DNA of 64,000 nt from Tetramitus jugosus (taxonomy: Eukaryota > Protista > Heterolobosea), in the NCBI GenBank assembly GCA_937625935.1, contig OW569395.1:186001-250000 (forward strand), given 5' to 3'. The translations under genes were made by a program, and so were the position numbers. The notes below the pieces were generated by a model. It was not told where the DNA came from, ran no database searches, and worked only from the letters and a program-made list of their open reading frames with translations. The first letter of the stretch is position 1, and each line of letters opens with the position of its first letter. This document shows positions 22,601-32,185 of the stretch, piece after piece.

Positions 22601-22859
22601 GAGAAGAGTTGAACTGGAATTGATTGTTCATACTGTTAAAAGGAGGTATCATTTCTCTGTTACTGCTGCACGTGTTCTGTTGATTACTTTCCTTGCTGAC
22701 TCTATCAGAAACAAGAAAGGAGTAATTCTTCATTTGTTTCTTCATTCTGTCCATTGTTTCTTGTGGTAGTAGATTGGACCATGACTTGTTTTGCTTGAGT
22801 CTTCTCTCCAGTGGAGATAGAACTACCTCTGATTGTTGCATCGTGCCCAAATTCTCCAT
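19686..22859 (-). CDS. Divergent TBC (Rab-GAP)-like domain protein, ~1057 aa
   Basis: EIPNILRFYLY (motif A-like), TLQMGYLCIPLVWV (YxQGM-like) and GFLTLYVGILDRDSVIFILDQL (C-terminal TBC subdomain-like). Confidence 0.5.
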   Translation of the reverse strand: MENLGTMQQSEVVLSPLERRLKQNKSWSNLLPQETMDRMKKQMKNYSFLVSDRVSKESNQQNTCSSNREMIPPFNSMNNQFQFNSSPEKKELFDASPRVNQLIEQFRSQLVNKSSLHQLNQQIHDQVVHTLFEPPVSVNIRSEEVASSVPNTNIGHANSVTISVSSTNEERRNQRRMANKIQQNLIREFKTDIHEFLASRSTSMPHNDSESNPTVISHLDLVSLERERNPVPTVSEELNPLYPMCVLLLKYPYGMMKKFLLPLMSHEIPNILRFYLYTSSLKYGDLEQNTIRNDFFDNYDEQQTGTLSIFLHKVVSRAMEELAKSPLFKSEMARVETRCIHRAIEYCATIIEPESIEQGLEGDLVTRTLQMGYLCIPLVWVYYERFEQREVAERLSILVHYLNQHRLNQDLSSLLLSAVRTSIRDKDRYLYRYLYNKFAKISTEDSDTENDEMTCDESSEYCDLSDKEEESEEMENAEESSKMEWLMNQMLKGFLTLYVGILDRDSVIFILDQLVISQFDIKVMTALCSSILIILRIPISRCTMYSQFEKLVERNKDLVSADSLSFVFNKVFLTDLAQHFETPSLEFSNVVIKGLDPWESTAIGYEMNMSEFYKRIHKGRRKRRDLTGSKKYLFQQNSDPDIGDVSILMQLAMNNDFESKESLSSQVSSFLGELPSGEEKETFDSIIVSDDSQIAQASPNSGSSVGDETEEELKEWELDMVHVWKPIFQQFETVTTLTVHTRDYLKEHLVLPSNLYHTMSCEECNGAALVDSLLMYTRANRSCLKKYDQNKSDFKKMVLTALTDKLPKITYKGSTDDMLEIEFTSKEDCFGVDESPLYPSFNSSNRHDEEETMINYSVLDLMTTGSPASDMGQHARTVDVDSRTNKATTWKMNFLWTKHLAELSPSQMKEFVRERMRRLEFCWHDDQLIDYIAVRLYTKCHDMTRKRRQKEREEVGKYQTIMKRKMEKESIQLFGNMINSAMEGIEAFYSHDYEDLERRAREEKELRMIRKENVGEAHSTYEYNKISKKTRQKYDKQMEDQVKKYKKEKKKSKVFGW

Positions 22860-23062
22860 CTTCTTGGTGTTGGCTCTCAGTTTCAACCATGTGAGTCGGC
22901 TCGTGATTGGAGCGCAATGAAAAACAACGGTTGTAGTGGAAGCAGCGGAGAAACTGTTTCAAAAGACGACCGGACAATGTTACGCGTGTGCTTTGGTGAT
23001 GATTTCTTCAATCCCAGTCATCGTCGATCGCCACCTCCTAATTTTTGCTTTCTTCACATATT

Positions 23063-26000
23063 ATGGAAATCAAAAAAAATTCTGTTCCACAATCGCAACA
23101 ACAACTGAGAGAGAAACATTTTAATAACATGCAATCATCACAACAACAAAATGAACCATCACCATCACCATCACCACCATCTCCTCCTCCTCCTCACTTG
23201 TTTCTCATCCATTCGATTCATCAATTGATGATCATGATGAAGAGTAGCTATCCTCATTTTTTTTATCCATTTTATACACCATCATCACAATCATCACAAT
23301 CACAACAACCTCGATCAACAACAACAACACAATCATCAGTCTCATCACCATCCATCATTGTGGACAATATGAATAACAATGATTCATCATCATCAAAAGA
23401 TCATCGATTGATTCATCAATTGAATCAATTACGTGATTCTTTAATTTCATCAACATCAACAACAACTCATAACAATAGTAGTGGTGGTAATAAGAATAAT
23501 AGTGTGCCAATGGTCAATGTATTGTATCCATTTATGAACATGATTACAAGTGATGAACTCAATTGTTCCATTACTGCATGTGCACTTGATATTCTCATTC
23601 AATGTATTCAATGGTATCATCCACAACAACAACAATACACTGCTACTACTACTAGTACTACTACTACCTGTGAAATTCACAATAATAGTAATGGAATGAT
23701 TGTGAATCACATGAATGAAATATTGAATTGTGTGTTGAATGTTCAATTGGAATTATCACCTCACTCTACATGGTCACTCTTATCATTATCTACTCTGAAT
23801 CACACTACTACTACTACCAGTGCTGCTGATATTCAACAACAACAACAACAACAATACTATCATTATCATCACGACTATTGTGCAGCATTGATTAAAATTG
23901 TTCAATCATTGGAATACATTGTACAACAATTCCATACTCATCTCAATCATGAAACAATTGTACAAGTGATTCAATCCATGATTCAAATCAGTCATCACTC
24001 CTTTTCTCAACAACAAATGAGAGTAAACAAGAATAATAACAGTAGTCAACATCATCATCATCATCATCAGTTTGAATGGGTAAAGTATGCATGTGATCAT
24101 TCCATACAATCTCTCATGTATCATCTCTTTTCATCAACTACTGCTTCTGCTATGAATAATAATAATAAGAATGATGATAATTGGTTACAATTATTGTATA
24201 CATTGATGAAACACATGATTGAATTATCGGATCCAAATGTATCTGGTGTTCACATGAGTATTCGTCTCTCTGCTCTCCACTATTGTCTCTTGCTCTTTCA
24301 ATTCTATTCTACTACTGCTAATTCTGCTACTGCTGCTGCTGTCCATGATACAAATGATGAAATAGTGATAAAGATGAGACAATTGATCAAGAATGAATAC
24401 AGTAGATGTCTATTGAGAAATGCAAATGTATTGTTCAATGATTTCTATCATCAAGACAAGTATCATCACATTCAATCACTAAAGTATCACCAGTATGCTT
24501 ATGCCTATCGACCCTCTTCTACTCTTTCATCATCACATTATCAACAACAACAGTCAGCATCCTATATGAATGATCACAACAATAATAATAGTAGTAGTAG
24601 TAGTCGAAGCAATAACATGAGAACATTGACTGGTCACTATCAACAACAACAACAACAACAACAATATTCATCACATGTGACTTCTGCTTCCTCTCATTTG
24701 AACAACAACAATAATACTCGTTCATCTCCACTCTCTTCATCACCACTCTCATCATCACCATCATCACTTTCATTCAATAACGACAATGATCACATGTATT
24801 CCTATCCTCCTCCTCCTCCTCCTCATCAACAACAACAACAACAACAACAGAATATCAATAATAATAATAACAACAGTAGTAATTATCATCATCATTATCT
24901 GAATATGAATATGAATAATAATCCATATCACACTCAACAATCATCACTCTTTTATTTGAATCTATTGTTGAGGAATATGACTTGTGTCATGACACTCATG
25001 GATCACTCGTATCAGAACATTAAGGTTGAATTTCTCACTGTTCTCTTTTATCGTATTCTCAATCCAAAACTCAATCATTTGGTGGTGAATACTACATCAC
25101 CTACTACTACCTCAACTACTACTACCAGTGGTAATAAGACCAATAGTAGTAACAACAATCATTTCCAGAATTTTGAAATGATGGAACTCGTGTTGGAACA
25201 TGTGATTGAACTGTGTCGCAACAAGCAATTTCTCACAGAAATTTATCTGTACAATGATTGTGTGATTGATCGAAGAGACGTGTTTGCTCAATTGTGTCAC
25301 TTGTTGGTCCATGTGCTCAGAGAATCACCATCCGATCTCTATCATATTCATTCATTGGCCATGACTGCCATTCTCAACATGATCAAATGCTTTAGCAGTA
25401 GCAGTAGTAGTAGTAGTAGCAGTAGTGATAAGAGTAATAAGACGGATAGTCATAGTAGTAGTAGTGGTAGTGATAACATGATGATGATGAACATGAGTCA
25501 TAATCACAAGTGGAGAGACATGAAAAAAATGAAGCAAATGTCTATTCAATTTGCACTCGATTTGAATGCCAGTGTCAAGAATGGTCTCAATGCTCTCTGT
25601 CAATTCTACATGTCTCAAATCATGTTTTATCAAAAGACGCGAAAAGTATCATCATCATCATTATCACCCACTAGTACGACCACCACTACATCTACATCTA
25701 TGATTACATTCCTCAACATACCAGACGAGTACATGGACTTGATTGCTCAGCACATTGCCACCTTTCTCCATGAATTCTCCTACTGGCTCGACAAGGAAAT
25801 GATTTTCAATGTGTTGAAACGAGAGGAGCCACTGTGTCTCAAGATTATGCAATTCTACATGAGCATGTTCGATATGAGAGGCATGCGAGTAGATGATGCA
25901 CTGAGACTCGTTGTCTGGCAAGTCAAACTCAACGGTGAAGGACAGCAGATTACACGTGTGTTGCAAGAATTTGGCACAGCGTACTATAAGCAAAATAGTG

Positions 26001-29000
26001 ATCTCACCATTTTGGACAATGAAGAAGAGTGTTGGGCGTTGGCTGTGGCAGTGTTGATGCTGCAAACTGATTTGCACAACATGAGAAACTTTAATCGACG
26101 AATGACCATGGATCAATGGCTCACCAACACATCATACATTAACAATGGTCGATTGAACGAAGAGGAGATGAAACAAATTTATCACTGTGTGGCATCGTGT
26201 GAGTTTGTTTCGAGTGCCAATGTGCCGTTTGCTGCCTTTATGAGTGAACCAGTGTGGAGCGAGTTGGTGAATCAAGATTTGATTCATCATCCGCTCTCTA
26301 CACTGTTGCCATCATCAGCATCATCATTCTTTAGCACTGCCATGCTTCTCGATGCCTCTCAAGTGACAACTCAATCGCCATTGATCACTATCACTCCTCA
26401 ACACAACAACAAGAACAACAACAAGAATAGTAGTCATAGTTCTGATCTGAGAGAGATTCAAGAGGAGAAGCAATGGATGAGTCATTTGGGTCTCGATGTC
26501 GAAATGTTTAGTGCCATGTGGTCCGGTACTCTCCTATCCACGTGCATTGTGTTGGAGAATGCCATTGACACGGATTTGTTGGAGATGAGCATACGTGGAT
26601 TTTTGGACTCTGCCAAAATTGCGGCTCACTATCACTTGACACCCATTTTTGATAATTTGGTCACTACGCTCACAAAGTACTCTTCCATTGTCGCAAACAG
26701 TGCCAGTCATGCACCACACGATACTCAAAGTAGTCATTATGACCATTCATCCCATTTGCGCAAGCAACATCGTGCATCCTCTGACTCGTCGTCTTACAAT
26801 GATGATGATCAGTCATCTGCATCGATCCCTCTCTATGACACGATAGCATTGACTGATCCAATGACATTGGTGCTGAGTCTCATGAACAGTGGTGCTAATG
26901 AGAATGATGATAATGAGAATGATATGGGTGGCTCATCACCCTTACTACAGAGTGATCACCCATTCCTCACTGCATACAGTCGTAGTGTCAGTGGTGATGC
27001 TGCTGATTCAACTGTTCATAACACGAGCAACAACAGCAACAACCATCTTGTCAAGTCTACAAACAAGAGAAGAAAGAGAAGAAGAAGAAGATCTCAGCCT
27101 AGCTATGTCGATTCTGGTAGTCATGAAGCACAACGCAGAAGAAGAGAGTATCAAATGATGGCCTCCAAGTTTGGAGCGGACGACAAGGCACAGATTGCGT
27201 GTCGAACTGTGTTTGCCATCACGAGAAACTATGGTGATAACTTGAGAGAGGGATGGAGAGACATTGTGCGCATGATTCGTCAAATGTTCAACCTCAGGAT
27301 CATACCAAAGATTTTGCTCGAGTTGATCAACAAGGAAGAAAACTCGTACGCGAGACGTATTGAGAATGAGAAGAACACTTCACCAAACACTCGCTCCAAC
27401 AGCTATTTGTTTGGTTTCTTTGGCAACTCATCCGACAATGAAGAGATGTTTGAGAAGGAAGCAATCGAGAAGGCCAAAAAGTGTATTCTTCAATGCAGAA
27501 TCGATGAATTGTTGCTATCAGTTCACGTGCTCACTCATCACAGTCTCGATTATTTGATTCGAGAGCTCGTTCAATACTTTTTGAACGTGTCAATCGATTC
27601 GACCATCAACAGCAGCAGTGCAAGTGGCAACACGATGATTGATCTCATTCTCAAGGATCAAGACACTGCTGTTGACAATGAACAACAGAGACTCATGAGA
27701 AGCATTGGCAGTGATAGTGATCTCAATAGCAGCAGCACAAGTGAGGACGATCATCACGATGAAGATGACGATGATGAAGATGAGGACTTGTATCCTTCAG
27801 TGTACTCTGATCTCGATCTCTTCACATGGGATCTACTGTCATTTGTGTGTCTGAAGAATGTGGAACAGGGCATTGCATTTGAACAGAATGTGCGAGTGGA
27901 AACTGCCTTGAGCAATGTGGGCAAATTGATTGTCAAGTGCAACGGTCGACACACACCTGACATTATGCTGCACCAATGTCTCAAGATGCTCCTCAAGTTG
28001 ACTGGTATCATTGTTGTGCGATCATCCAAGTGCATTCAACAACAACGAGAACAGAAAGAAGAAGATAATCTAGAACAGCAGCAGCAGCAACAACAAATTC
28101 AAAAACAATTGCTCAAATACCTCAGATTCTGCTTCTACTTGGTGTCTATGCTCTTGAAGAGACTTGCTGAATCACCAAATGCCATTCCTGATGACTGTTA
28201 TCATCTATTGGCAACCAGTTTGAACAAGCTATATCAGAGCAATGATGTTCGATTGATTGATTTGGTCAACACTCATGCTCCCACTCTCAATCAATACCAT
28301 GACATGCTCGCCTGCGTGTTTGTTCACTTGTTACAACCAAGACAGCAAATCATTGGTCAGTGCCCAAGTTACTTTTCTCTGTTGATCAGTCTCACTGTCA
28401 ACGAATGCTATAGTGTTCAACCTGTTCATCTCAGCATCCTCGTCTCATGCATCAGCAACTATGGCGTCAAGATTATGGAGCATGATGTTGATACGTTGAG
28501 TCAAGTCACTGTTATGATTGAACGCGTGCACAAGTGGTGCCATTCCGTACCCAAAGAGCGACTTCAGGGCCCATGGCTCGATGCCTATATTCTCACGTTG
28601 CAGAGTCTCAGTATTCTTTCTGCACGAGGATGTAAGACTCTCAGAAACGTCTCATTGAACACACTGCAGCGAATTCTGGTGTCTTTGGTCGATGCCTACC
28701 CGTCAAGCTCATCTGCCTCTGCTCAGCAACAACAACAACAGCATCAACAACAACAATTGCTCATGATTGTCATTCATCGATGTTTGTTTACTCTGTTGGA
28801 TGAACTGCTGAGTGCTCTGGAGAGAAAGTTGGCTCAGAGACAAAAGAGAGGAGGATTCTTCTCATCAGTCACATCCTCTGCATCATCCTCTGATGATCAC
28901 TTGCTACAATCAGTGAGTTCAATTGGCAGTGGACAATTGGTGCTATCGATTCAACACTCCAATGCCAACATTGATTTGGCCAGCTTGGAGGAAGTTCAAT

Positions 29001-29455
29001 TCCGAGCATGTCATTTGTTGGCCAAAATCTTCTTGCACTATTTGCCTCTGGTGTATCACTTGCAACAATTTGATGCACTGTGGGGTCGCGTTCTTTCCTA
29101 TATGGCTCGTTATTTGAGTCTGGGCAGTGAATTATTGTTGGAAGCAATTCCTGAACTGATCAAGAATATGGTGCTTGTGATGAACAATCATCGAGTATTC
29201 AGACAGAGACCACACCTGTGGAGTTATGTGTTGCGTGAATTGGAAGAAATGATCCCAGATCTGTTGCAGGAACTAGGTCAAAAGATTTATGACGATGAAC
29301 AACAATTCTTGCAAGAACAATTGAGATTACAACAACAGCAACAAGCAACATCCCTGCCGCAGCAAGAACCCACTGCCAATGAAGCTTCTTCTATCGAAAC
29401 TCAAGTCCAAGAGCTCGCAATTGGAGATGCCCCAACTGTAGACGCTCAACAATAA
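23063..29455 (+). CDS. GBF1: Large ArfGEF, GBF1/Gea family (DCB-HUS-Sec7-HDS) with many homopolymer insertions
   Basis: Sec7 motifs VKLNGEGQQITRVL (Glu finger intact) and VLMLQTDLHN; HUS-like IYLYNDC; GBF1-type FGADDKAQIACRTVFAITRNYGDNLREGW. The start may be 23063 or 23129. Confidence 0.85.
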   Translation: MEIKKNSVPQSQQQLREKHFNNMQSSQQQNEPSPSPSPPSPPPPHLFLIHSIHQLMIMMKSSYPHFFYPFYTPSSQSSQSQQPRSTTTTQSSVSSPSIIVDNMNNNDSSSSKDHRLIHQLNQLRDSLISSTSTTTHNNSSGGNKNNSVPMVNVLYPFMNMITSDELNCSITACALDILIQCIQWYHPQQQQYTATTTSTTTTCEIHNNSNGMIVNHMNEILNCVLNVQLELSPHSTWSLLSLSTLNHTTTTTSAADIQQQQQQQYYHYHHDYCAALIKIVQSLEYIVQQFHTHLNHETIVQVIQSMIQISHHSFSQQQMRVNKNNNSSQHHHHHHQFEWVKYACDHSIQSLMYHLFSSTTASAMNNNNKNDDNWLQLLYTLMKHMIELSDPNVSGVHMSIRLSALHYCLLLFQFYSTTANSATAAAVHDTNDEIVIKMRQLIKNEYSRCLLRNANVLFNDFYHQDKYHHIQSLKYHQYAYAYRPSSTLSSSHYQQQQSASYMNDHNNNNSSSSSRSNNMRTLTGHYQQQQQQQQYSSHVTSASSHLNNNNNTRSSPLSSSPLSSSPSSLSFNNDNDHMYSYPPPPPPHQQQQQQQQNINNNNNNSSNYHHHYLNMNMNNNPYHTQQSSLFYLNLLLRNMTCVMTLMDHSYQNIKVEFLTVLFYRILNPKLNHLVVNTTSPTTTSTTTTSGNKTNSSNNNHFQNFEMMELVLEHVIELCRNKQFLTEIYLYNDCVIDRRDVFAQLCHLLVHVLRESPSDLYHIHSLAMTAILNMIKCFSSSSSSSSSSSDKSNKTDSHSSSSGSDNMMMMNMSHNHKWRDMKKMKQMSIQFALDLNASVKNGLNALCQFYMSQIMFYQKTRKVSSSSLSPTSTTTTTSTSMITFLNIPDEYMDLIAQHIATFLHEFSYWLDKEMIFNVLKREEPLCLKIMQFYMSMFDMRGMRVDDALRLVVWQVKLNGEGQQITRVLQEFGTAYYKQNSDLTILDNEEECWALAVAVLMLQTDLHNMRNFNRRMTMDQWLTNTSYINNGRLNEEEMKQIYHCVASCEFVSSANVPFAAFMSEPVWSELVNQDLIHHPLSTLLPSSASSFFSTAMLLDASQVTTQSPLITITPQHNNKNNNKNSSHSSDLREIQEEKQWMSHLGLDVEMFSAMWSGTLLSTCIVLENAIDTDLLEMSIRGFLDSAKIAAHYHLTPIFDNLVTTLTKYSSIVANSASHAPHDTQSSHYDHSSHLRKQHRASSDSSSYNDDDQSSASIPLYDTIALTDPMTLVLSLMNSGANENDDNENDMGGSSPLLQSDHPFLTAYSRSVSGDAADSTVHNTSNNSNNHLVKSTNKRRKRRRRRSQPSYVDSGSHEAQRRRREYQMMASKFGADDKAQIACRTVFAITRNYGDNLREGWRDIVRMIRQMFNLRIIPKILLELINKEENSYARRIENEKNTSPNTRSNSYLFGFFGNSSDNEEMFEKEAIEKAKKCILQCRIDELLLSVHVLTHHSLDYLIRELVQYFLNVSIDSTINSSSASGNTMIDLILKDQDTAVDNEQQRLMRSIGSDSDLNSSSTSEDDHHDEDDDDEDEDLYPSVYSDLDLFTWDLLSFVCLKNVEQGIAFEQNVRVETALSNVGKLIVKCNGRHTPDIMLHQCLKMLLKLTGIIVVRSSKCIQQQREQKEEDNLEQQQQQQQIQKQLLKYLRFCFYLVSMLLKRLAESPNAIPDDCYHLLATSLNKLYQSNDVRLIDLVNTHAPTLNQYHDMLACVFVHLLQPRQQIIGQCPSYFSLLISLTVNECYSVQPVHLSILVSCISNYGVKIMEHDVDTLSQVTVMIERVHKWCHSVPKERLQGPWLDAYILTLQSLSILSARGCKTLRNVSLNTLQRILVSLVDAYPSSSSASAQQQQQQHQQQQLLMIVIHRCLFTLLDELLSALERKLAQRQKRGGFFSSVTSSASSSDDHLLQSVSSIGSGQLVLSIQHSNANIDLASLEEVQFRACHLLAKIFLHYLPLVYHLQQFDALWGRVLSYMARYLSLGSELLLEAIPELIKNMVLVMNNHRVFRQRPHLWSYVLRELEEMIPDLLQELGQKIYDDEQQFLQEQLRLQQQQQATSLPQQEPTANEASSIETQVQELAIGDAPTVDAQQ

Positions 29456-29516
29456 ATCTATCGCACATGATTGTAAAACTCAAATTAACTTGTCATTCAC
29501 ACAACTAATACTTTAT

Positions 29517-31856
29517 TCAAGCAAGATGAATTGTTTCATCAATGCGCAATATCATCACACATGCCTCCGCAGCCAATTGTATCATTGTTTTCTTGGTTTG
29601 AACACTGTCAATAATTCCTCTTTCAAGAACATTGCAAATCTTGCTGCCTCCCTCTGGAAGAGTAACATCAACACCGTATGGCAACCAATGATCAGGTGTC
29701 TGATTATCATTCGATTCGCTTTGTTGACTGCGATACAATGCTTTTAATTTTGACATCTCGAATTCAATGTCCTGCACCTTGCAAACGGATGCCAACAATT
29801 GTCTCGGTATCACTAACAGTGCCTCTGCAAACGCGCGTATCACAATCTGGATCTTGGAATCGAAAATCTTTAGGCTATACTCGTTCAATGCCCTCCACAG
29901 ATTCATCTCTACATTGCCACCACCTCCCACGAGCATCATTTTTTGATTCTCTTGATCGCTTTTATCATCATCCGTAGTTGGCATCATAGTATTGGTATTG
30001 GATGATGGGAAAATCGACACTGACTCGTGGTCGTGACTCATCAACAACAGTTTCTGAACAACAGAGATTGCATCATTCAAAGCTCTATCAATCTCTTGAA
30101 CAATAATATCCGATGGTCCATGAATGACAATTGTACCATGACTATTGTTCTTGTGACAATCATCATTCTCTTCAATAATCAACAAACATTCATCATCCTG
30201 ATTATTCAATGTCCTATATTCACTCAACGTAAAATGCCTCTGGTCATCACTTGTTGTCTTTTCACCTGTTGTTGTCATTGCATTCGTTTCTTCATCCTCC
30301 CAATCAATAGTAGATTCATAATCATCTGACAACCATGTTACAACTGACGAACTGGCTCCATCACTTCCATCTTTATCACCATTAATAAACTGACGTAATC
30401 GATTCAAATCTCCCTCTGATAAACGATCAAATATGCATATCGGACTCTCACCATCACTATTCAATGATGACATGTGATAGGACAAGGTACGATAGGGAAA
30501 TGAACCACTCATGAACACAAACAATGGCAATTCCTTGTCTTGCTCCAGCTCTCCACTCTTGCTATCATTATCATTATCATTATTATTATTGTTCTTGTGT
30601 TTCTTGTTTGATGAATAATGTGCGATTAATCGTTCCCACCACTCTTGCTCTCTACTCGATTGAAAATAACAATCAATTGATTCACTCTGTTTCTTATTGC
30701 CTTGATCCTCGCTGGTAACACTAGATTCTGTCATTGAAAACATTGGATTTCTCTTATTATTATTACCAATACTACTATTCAATAGACCAACACCTGATGA
30801 TGATGGAAGAATGATAATGATCTGATTGGATGAGACAACACATTGACTCGATGTTTGCTGTTTTTTCATCATTAATCTATTACTACTACTACCACTCCTA
30901 CTACTAATACCACAATTATTAATATTATTACTATTCTTGTGATTGAACAATCGAGACAATGAAGATTCAACTTTGAATGCAACTCCATTCTGAATCACAA
31001 ATGAATCATCAATCAATCCATTGGTCATGCACACCCGATCAATCCTCACATTGTTTCGCTTTCTTTTACTACTACTACTACTACTACTCTTATTATTATT
31101 ATTATTATTATGAAAATGAGATGATGATGATGATGGTTCATTAAAGAGTTGCATCAACAGTGAAGAAAAGTAATGCTTGTAGAATTTGATATTCTTGGAG
31201 TCTAGTACTCTCTCAATCAATAATTGAATTTGTGTTGATCCACTATTATCATCATTATTATCACCACTATTATTACTACTACCACTACTGCTGCTGCTAC
31301 TACTCTTAGTATTCTTGTGATCATGAGAGAGTAAATATTGAATACAATAATCCTTGGCCTGATTCATACCATTGAGTACAGTGTTCAATGATAGATGATG
31401 ATCACTACCACCACCACCACCACGGCCAATTGATGATGATGATGATGATACATGAGAGTGATTGTTGTTGCAACATAGGGCATGATACTGCATCAATAAT
31501 TCACATGCAATCAACAATACACTTGTCGTTCCATCTCCACTCATACCATCCTGAGACATGGACACATCCAACAATAACCTACCTATCCCTAGACTACTAC
31601 TACTATGACTACTACTCTTGTTGTTCGTATACTTATTGTGAAGAGTGGGAATGACATGATTGAGAATTGTGACGCCATCATTGGTCAACAACAGATCACC
31701 CAACTCATCTCGCATCAATTTGTCATGGCCCAACGGACCTAATGAACTCTTCATCAAGTGAAACAGTGATTGAACGACATCGAGAGACGTTGCTGATGAT
31801 GATGATGCAGTGGTGGATGTTTTCGATTTTGTCATGTTCATCTGTTGTTGTTGCAT
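29517..31856 (-). CDS. Divergent group II (CCT/TCP-1-like) chaperonin subunit
   Basis: SSLGPLGHDKL, TNDGVTIL, GDGTTSV, EIDRALNDAI, GGGGNVEM, AFAEALLVIPRQL and MILRIDETI. The apical region is heavily diverged with Ser/Asn runs. Confidence 0.8.
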   Translation of the reverse strand: MQQQQMNMTKSKTSTTASSSSATSLDVVQSLFHLMKSSLGPLGHDKLMRDELGDLLLTNDGVTILNHVIPTLHNKYTNNKSSSHSSSSLGIGRLLLDVSMSQDGMSGDGTTSVLLIACELLMQYHALCCNNNHSHVSSSSSSIGRGGGGGSDHHLSLNTVLNGMNQAKDYCIQYLLSHDHKNTKSSSSSSSGSSNNSGDNNDDNSGSTQIQLLIERVLDSKNIKFYKHYFSSLLMQLFNEPSSSSSHFHNNNNNNKSSSSSSSKRKRNNVRIDRVCMTNGLIDDSFVIQNGVAFKVESSLSRLFNHKNSNNINNCGISSRSGSSSNRLMMKKQQTSSQCVVSSNQIIIILPSSSGVGLLNSSIGNNNKRNPMFSMTESSVTSEDQGNKKQSESIDCYFQSSREQEWWERLIAHYSSNKKHKNNNNNDNDNDSKSGELEQDKELPLFVFMSGSFPYRTLSYHMSSLNSDGESPICIFDRLSEGDLNRLRQFINGDKDGSDGASSSVVTWLSDDYESTIDWEDEETNAMTTTGEKTTSDDQRHFTLSEYRTLNNQDDECLLIIEENDDCHKNNSHGTIVIHGPSDIIVQEIDRALNDAISVVQKLLLMSHDHESVSIFPSSNTNTMMPTTDDDKSDQENQKMMLVGGGGNVEMNLWRALNEYSLKIFDSKIQIVIRAFAEALLVIPRQLLASVCKVQDIEFEMSKLKALYRSQQSESNDNQTPDHWLPYGVDVTLPEGGSKICNVLERGIIDSVQTKKTMIQLAAEACVMILRIDETIHLA

Positions 31857-32185
31857 CTTGAAGCAATGACTATGACGTGATTGATCTGTTGTTGTTGTTG
31901 TTGCATGATTGTTGATCGACTCCAATATTTTTGGTATTCAAGTTTTTGATCAAAGTGAAAAGAGACAAAGCTCAGGACAAATAAACTCTATTTTGACAAT
32001 TTTAATCGATACATGAACACGTTTCTATACAGAATCCCCTCGTTGTCGGCTCTCACAGACACTACACACACAACGCAACCATGTGCCTCCAAGGCACGCA
32101 TCATAGGAGGGGTTGGTGGCAGTGGTGCGCTGTGCTTCGTGTCGAGAGAGTCTCAAGTGTTAGCAAGTGAAAGCAACAGAAAAAT

